This document shows, piece after piece, positions 40,477 through 43,638 of a stretch of DNA of 43,638 nucleotides (the first letter of the stretch is position 1; each line of letters opens with the position of its first letter). Both the position numbers and the translations under genes were made by a program. Source of the DNA: Porticoccus sp. (GTDB taxonomy: Bacteria > Pseudomonadota > Gammaproteobacteria > Pseudomonadales > Porticoccaceae); the NCBI GenBank assembly GCA_047635255.1, contig JBLIIR010000001.1, forward strand, positions 1 to 43,638, given 5' to 3'. The notes below the pieces were generated by a model. It did no database searches, had not been told where the DNA came from, and saw only the letters and a program-made list of their open reading frames with translations.

Positions 40477-41127
40477 TTAATCAGCAGAAGATGACCAGTT
40501 ATCAATAACTTTATCGATATCTCCACCAAACTGCCTTGCTCTCTGAATAAACTGATTTCGAAAAATCTTACCTAAATTTATGCCATTGATAACTAAGTTA
40601 GTTACTTTCCAATAACCATCACGAGTTAAATTCATTGAATAAACTAAAGGGAAGACCCCATCTGAGCCGCGAATTTCCTGTACAACCCTTATTGATTTAA
40701 GGCCGCTAATGTCTTTTTTTGGCGGAATAACAACAATAGATTGCTCACCATAAGACAGTAAACCTCGACCATAGGTTTCGATAAGCTCTCGCCTAAACGT
40801 AACAGCAAAACGATTCCGCTGCTCAACACTGGCAACTTTGGCATACTGCCCCATCACCCTAAATGCGATCCAGTCAAAATCAATAACATTCTTTAGCAAT
40901 ACATCGAGTTCTCCAAAAAAGCTCTCTGGATCTTTAGTAACACTTGCTCTATAAATTGAAATAGTTTTCAGTAATTCCTGTGTGACTTGCTCTACCAAAT
41001 CATGCGGTTGTTGTATCTGCGTTAAGTCAGCAGGGCCAGTTTTTGTATTTGCAATAGAGGGTGCAACTACAGACGCTAAGCCAAAAAAAAGTATGCCTGT
41101 TGTTAAACTTAAGTACCTGCGGAGCAT
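40477..41127 (-). CDS. mlaC: MlaC/Ttg2D periplasmic phospholipid-binding protein
   Basis: Signal peptide; IDF..IA..VMG, A..EQ..RF...F...LIETY, WKV.NL.INGINL...FRNQF. Confidence 0.92.
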   Translation of the reverse strand: MLRRYLSLTTGILFFGLASVVAPSIANTKTGPADLTQIQQPHDLVEQVTQELLKTISIYRASVTKDPESFFGELDVLLKNVIDFDWIAFRVMGQYAKVASVEQRNRFAVTFRRELIETYGRGLLSYGEQSIVVIPPKKDISGLKSIRVVQEIRGSDGVFPLVYSMNLTRDGYWKVTNLVINGINLGKIFRNQFIQRARQFGGDIDKVIDNWSSSAD

Positions 41128-41304
41128 TTTTAGATTCCTTATAAATCTTTACTTGATCGACAATACCGCCAGCTTAATCCAATCATGAAAACAGATTGAG
41201 CTGATAGCACCAAAAATAGCTGACTTCGGGACGCCCGCACTATAACATTGCAAGTCTGATTTACGAAATACCCCCCAAGCCAAAATTAAGGAATTAAAGC
41301 TAAA

Positions 41305-42288
41305 ATGGAAACGCTGAGTCTTGCAATTTTAGCAGTGCTGTTTGGACTAATAGGCTTAGTTTGGGGGGCTGACCGTTTTGTTACAGGAAGCGCTTCGGTT
41401 GCGCACAATTTTGGCATTTCGCCTATGGTGATTGGCCTTACAATTGTATCCATAGGCACATCTGCGCCAGAAATTATTGTTTCTATTAATGCATCCTTAA
41501 ATAATGCTGGCGCTATGGGCATAGGCAATGCTATCGGCTCAAATCTGGCAAATATCGGGCTAGTTTTGGGTCTCACTGCTCTTATTTGCCCCATTCCTCT
41601 CCGCCATGATTTACTTAAAATAGAAGCGCTTGCACTTCTGGTTGCGACTTTTCTTGCTGGCATGTTTTTATATGACGGGAACCTAACTCGCACTGAAGGT
41701 GTGCTCCTCTGTGCTGCTATTTTTCCACTTTTCACTTTGATTTTTTATTGCAAAAAAAATACCTCTCGCATAGAAAATTTAGACTCAAACAACAGCGCAC
41801 TTTCCGTTCCAACTAAAAAAGCTTTAATCTTTTTTTTAATAGGCATCGGAGTACTCCTCATATGCTCAGATGTGCTAGTCTGGGGCGCTAAAGAGCTTGC
41901 TCAATTTTTTGGTGTAAGTCAGCTGGTTGTTGGTCTAACTGTTGTCGCTATCGGAACTAGCCTTCCAGAACTAGCTGCCTCAGTACTTAGCGCCATTCGC
42001 GGTCATCACGATATCGCCATAGGGACTATATTTGGTTCTAACTTGTTGAACTTATTGGCTGTTATGGCCGCGCCAGGAATAATCTCCCCATTGACGCTAG
42101 GCAAAGAGGTTTTTCTTCGCGACTATTTGTCTATGGGTATATTAACGCTAATGCTAACTGTCATGATTGCATCATCGCTATGGCTGGGGAAAAAGTATCG
42201 TCGCCAAGCAACGATGTCAAAAAAAATAGGGTTTACTCTATTATCGCTATATGCACTTTATTATGTTGTTCTTGTATCTGGAGGCTAA
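41305..42288 (+). CDS. yrbG: Calcium/sodium antiporter (CaCA family, YrbG)
   Basis: Two alpha repeats GTSAPE...GNAIGSN and GTSLPE...GTIFGSN; about 10 TM; upstream of kdsD. Confidence 0.95.
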   Translation: METLSLAILAVLFGLIGLVWGADRFVTGSASVAHNFGISPMVIGLTIVSIGTSAPEIIVSINASLNNAGAMGIGNAIGSNLANIGLVLGLTALICPIPLRHDLLKIEALALLVATFLAGMFLYDGNLTRTEGVLLCAAIFPLFTLIFYCKKNTSRIENLDSNNSALSVPTKKALIFFLIGIGVLLICSDVLVWGAKELAQFFGVSQLVVGLTVVAIGTSLPELAASVLSAIRGHHDIAIGTIFGSNLLNLLAVMAAPGIISPLTLGKEVFLRDYLSMGILTLMLTVMIASSLWLGKKYRRQATMSKKIGFTLLSLYALYYVVLVSGG

Positions 42289-42365
42289 AGCATGTCTTTC
42301 TTCTTAATCTTAAAGATTGTTAACCATAACTTACTGCCGTTATACTAACAAAAATAGAGCTCAAT

Positions 42366-43337
42366 ATGACCAAAAACGACTATTTAGAAGTAGCTAAGCG
42401 GACTATACGCATGGAAGCCCAGGCTATTGAGCTGCTGGAGCATCGTATTGATAACGATTTCATCCAAGCCTGCGAGTTAATGCTCGAATGCTCAGGTCGT
42501 GTTGTGGTGACTGGTATGGGAAAATCAGGCCATATTGGCCGAAAGATTGCTGCAACTTTAGCTAGCACAGGCACTCCAGCATTTTTTCTTCATCCGGGCG
42601 AAGCAAGCCACGGCGACATCGGCATGATAACCAGCAAAGATATAGTTTTAGCCCTGTCAAATTCAGGAACTACATCTGAGGTGGTCACCTTATTACCTCT
42701 AATTAAACGAATAGGTGTTCCTCTAATCAGTATGACTGGAGATCACCTCTCGACCCTGGCTGTAAGCGCAGAAGTCCATTTAGATGTCCAGGTATCTTGC
42801 GAGGCATGTCCTCTTGGCTTGGCTCCTACAACTAGCACGACTGCGACTCTTGTCATGGGGGATGCTTTAGCTATAACGTTACTGGAAGCAAGAGGATTTA
42901 CTGCTGAAGATTTTGCTTTTTCTCACCCAGGAGGAGCACTAGGGCACAAGTTACTACTAAAGGTGCAAGACATAATGCACAGTGGCGAGAAACTTCCAAA
43001 GGTGAATACCAAAGATCTCCTGAGTCATGCACTACTTGAGATGTCGAAAAAAGGGTTTGGTATGACTACTGTGATCGATGACTCCGGTCTGCTTGTAGGT
43101 GTATTCACTGACGGTGATCTGCGCAGAACTATAGATGCTAACATCGACACAAAAGTAACTCCTGTAGGTCAGCTTATTCAAGCTGGCTGCAAAGCAATCC
43201 ACCAAGATGCACTGGCTGCTGAAGCCCTAAAAATTATTGAAGATTGTCAGATTACAGCCCTGGTGGTAGAAAACTCAAATCATCATCCTGTGGGTATACT
43301 GCATTTGCATGACATACTTCGGGCGGGAATTATCTAA
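42366..43337 (+). CDS. kdsD: Arabinose-5-phosphate isomerase KdsD
   Basis: GMGKSGHIG, HPGEASHGDIG, EACPLGLAPTTST, HPGGALG, tandem CBS domains. Confidence 0.97.
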   Translation: MTKNDYLEVAKRTIRMEAQAIELLEHRIDNDFIQACELMLECSGRVVVTGMGKSGHIGRKIAATLASTGTPAFFLHPGEASHGDIGMITSKDIVLALSNSGTTSEVVTLLPLIKRIGVPLISMTGDHLSTLAVSAEVHLDVQVSCEACPLGLAPTTSTTATLVMGDALAITLLEARGFTAEDFAFSHPGGALGHKLLLKVQDIMHSGEKLPKVNTKDLLSHALLEMSKKGFGMTTVIDDSGLLVGVFTDGDLRRTIDANIDTKVTPVGQLIQAGCKAIHQDALAAEALKIIEDCQITALVVENSNHHPVGILHLHDILRAGII

Positions 43338-43339
43338 CT

Positions 43340-43638
43340 ATGGCGACAAGCAACCAAAAAATTCTGAGTCGGGCAAAATCAATTCGGCTACTACTGTTAG
43401 ATGTTGATGGGGTGCTAACCGACGGAAGACTATATTTCGGCAACAATGGCGAGGAGCTCAAAGCATTTAATATTCAGGATGGTCTTGGCATTAAACTATT
43501 ACAAAGAAGTGGTGTCGAAGTAGGAATCATAACTGGTCGATCATCTACGCTTGTAGCAAGAAGGGCGGAAGAGCTTGGTATAAAATTAGTGATCCAAGGC
43601 AGGGAAGATAAGCTGGTTGCCCTAGAGGAGGCCCTGAG
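43340..43638 (+). CDS. kdsC: KDO-8-phosphate phosphatase KdsC (3'-truncated by window end)
   Basis: Hand-translated from ATG 43340: MATSNQKILSRAKSIRLLLLDVDGVLTDGRLYF...KAFNIQDGLGI...IITGR; HAD motif; not in the ORF track because it is incomplete. Confidence 0.96.
   Translation, partial: MATSNQKILSRAKSIRLLLLDVDGVLTDGRLYFGNNGEELKAFNIQDGLGIKLLQRSGVEVGIITGRSSTLVARRAEELGIKLVIQGREDKLVALEEAL

Noticed and set aside
41128-41304. Possible mlaD/mlaF remnant upstream of mlaC
   Set aside because: Hand translation of minus-strand frames gave no convincing similarity.

Overview
Core-genome window from a moderately AT-rich gammaproteobacterium. Gene order closely follows the Pseudomonas/Cellvibrionales pattern (taxonomic placement is inference). 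Left to right: argJ, secA, lpxC and the full dcw cluster (ftsZ..mraZ, minus strand, with sigma70 promoter and MraZ boxes); RNase P RNA (rnpB); rsmI; lpoA-diaA/gmhA-BON lipoprotein; a thiolase; sspB-sspA; a fused cytochrome b/c1 gene and Rieske petA; rpsI-rplM; zapE; zapG; a DegS/AlgW protease; hisC-hisD-hisG-murA-ibaG-mlaC; yrbG-kdsD-kdsC (kdsC runs off the window). I see no mobile element, CRISPR array, tRNA or rRNA, and no clearly new multi-gene system. The interest lies in departures from the canonical locus: a cytochrome b-c1 polyprotein with an internal signal peptide, an orphan mlaC without mlaFED/mlaB, an LpoA lacking its N-terminal domain, a catalytically degenerate GmhA/DiaA, absence of yraN, dciA and the M23 peptidase (with a possible 36-codon remnant upstream of secA), a zapE that appears to need an ATA/ATT start, and a thiolase translationally coupled to sspB. 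Together these suggest reductive remodelling of envelope-accessory genes.
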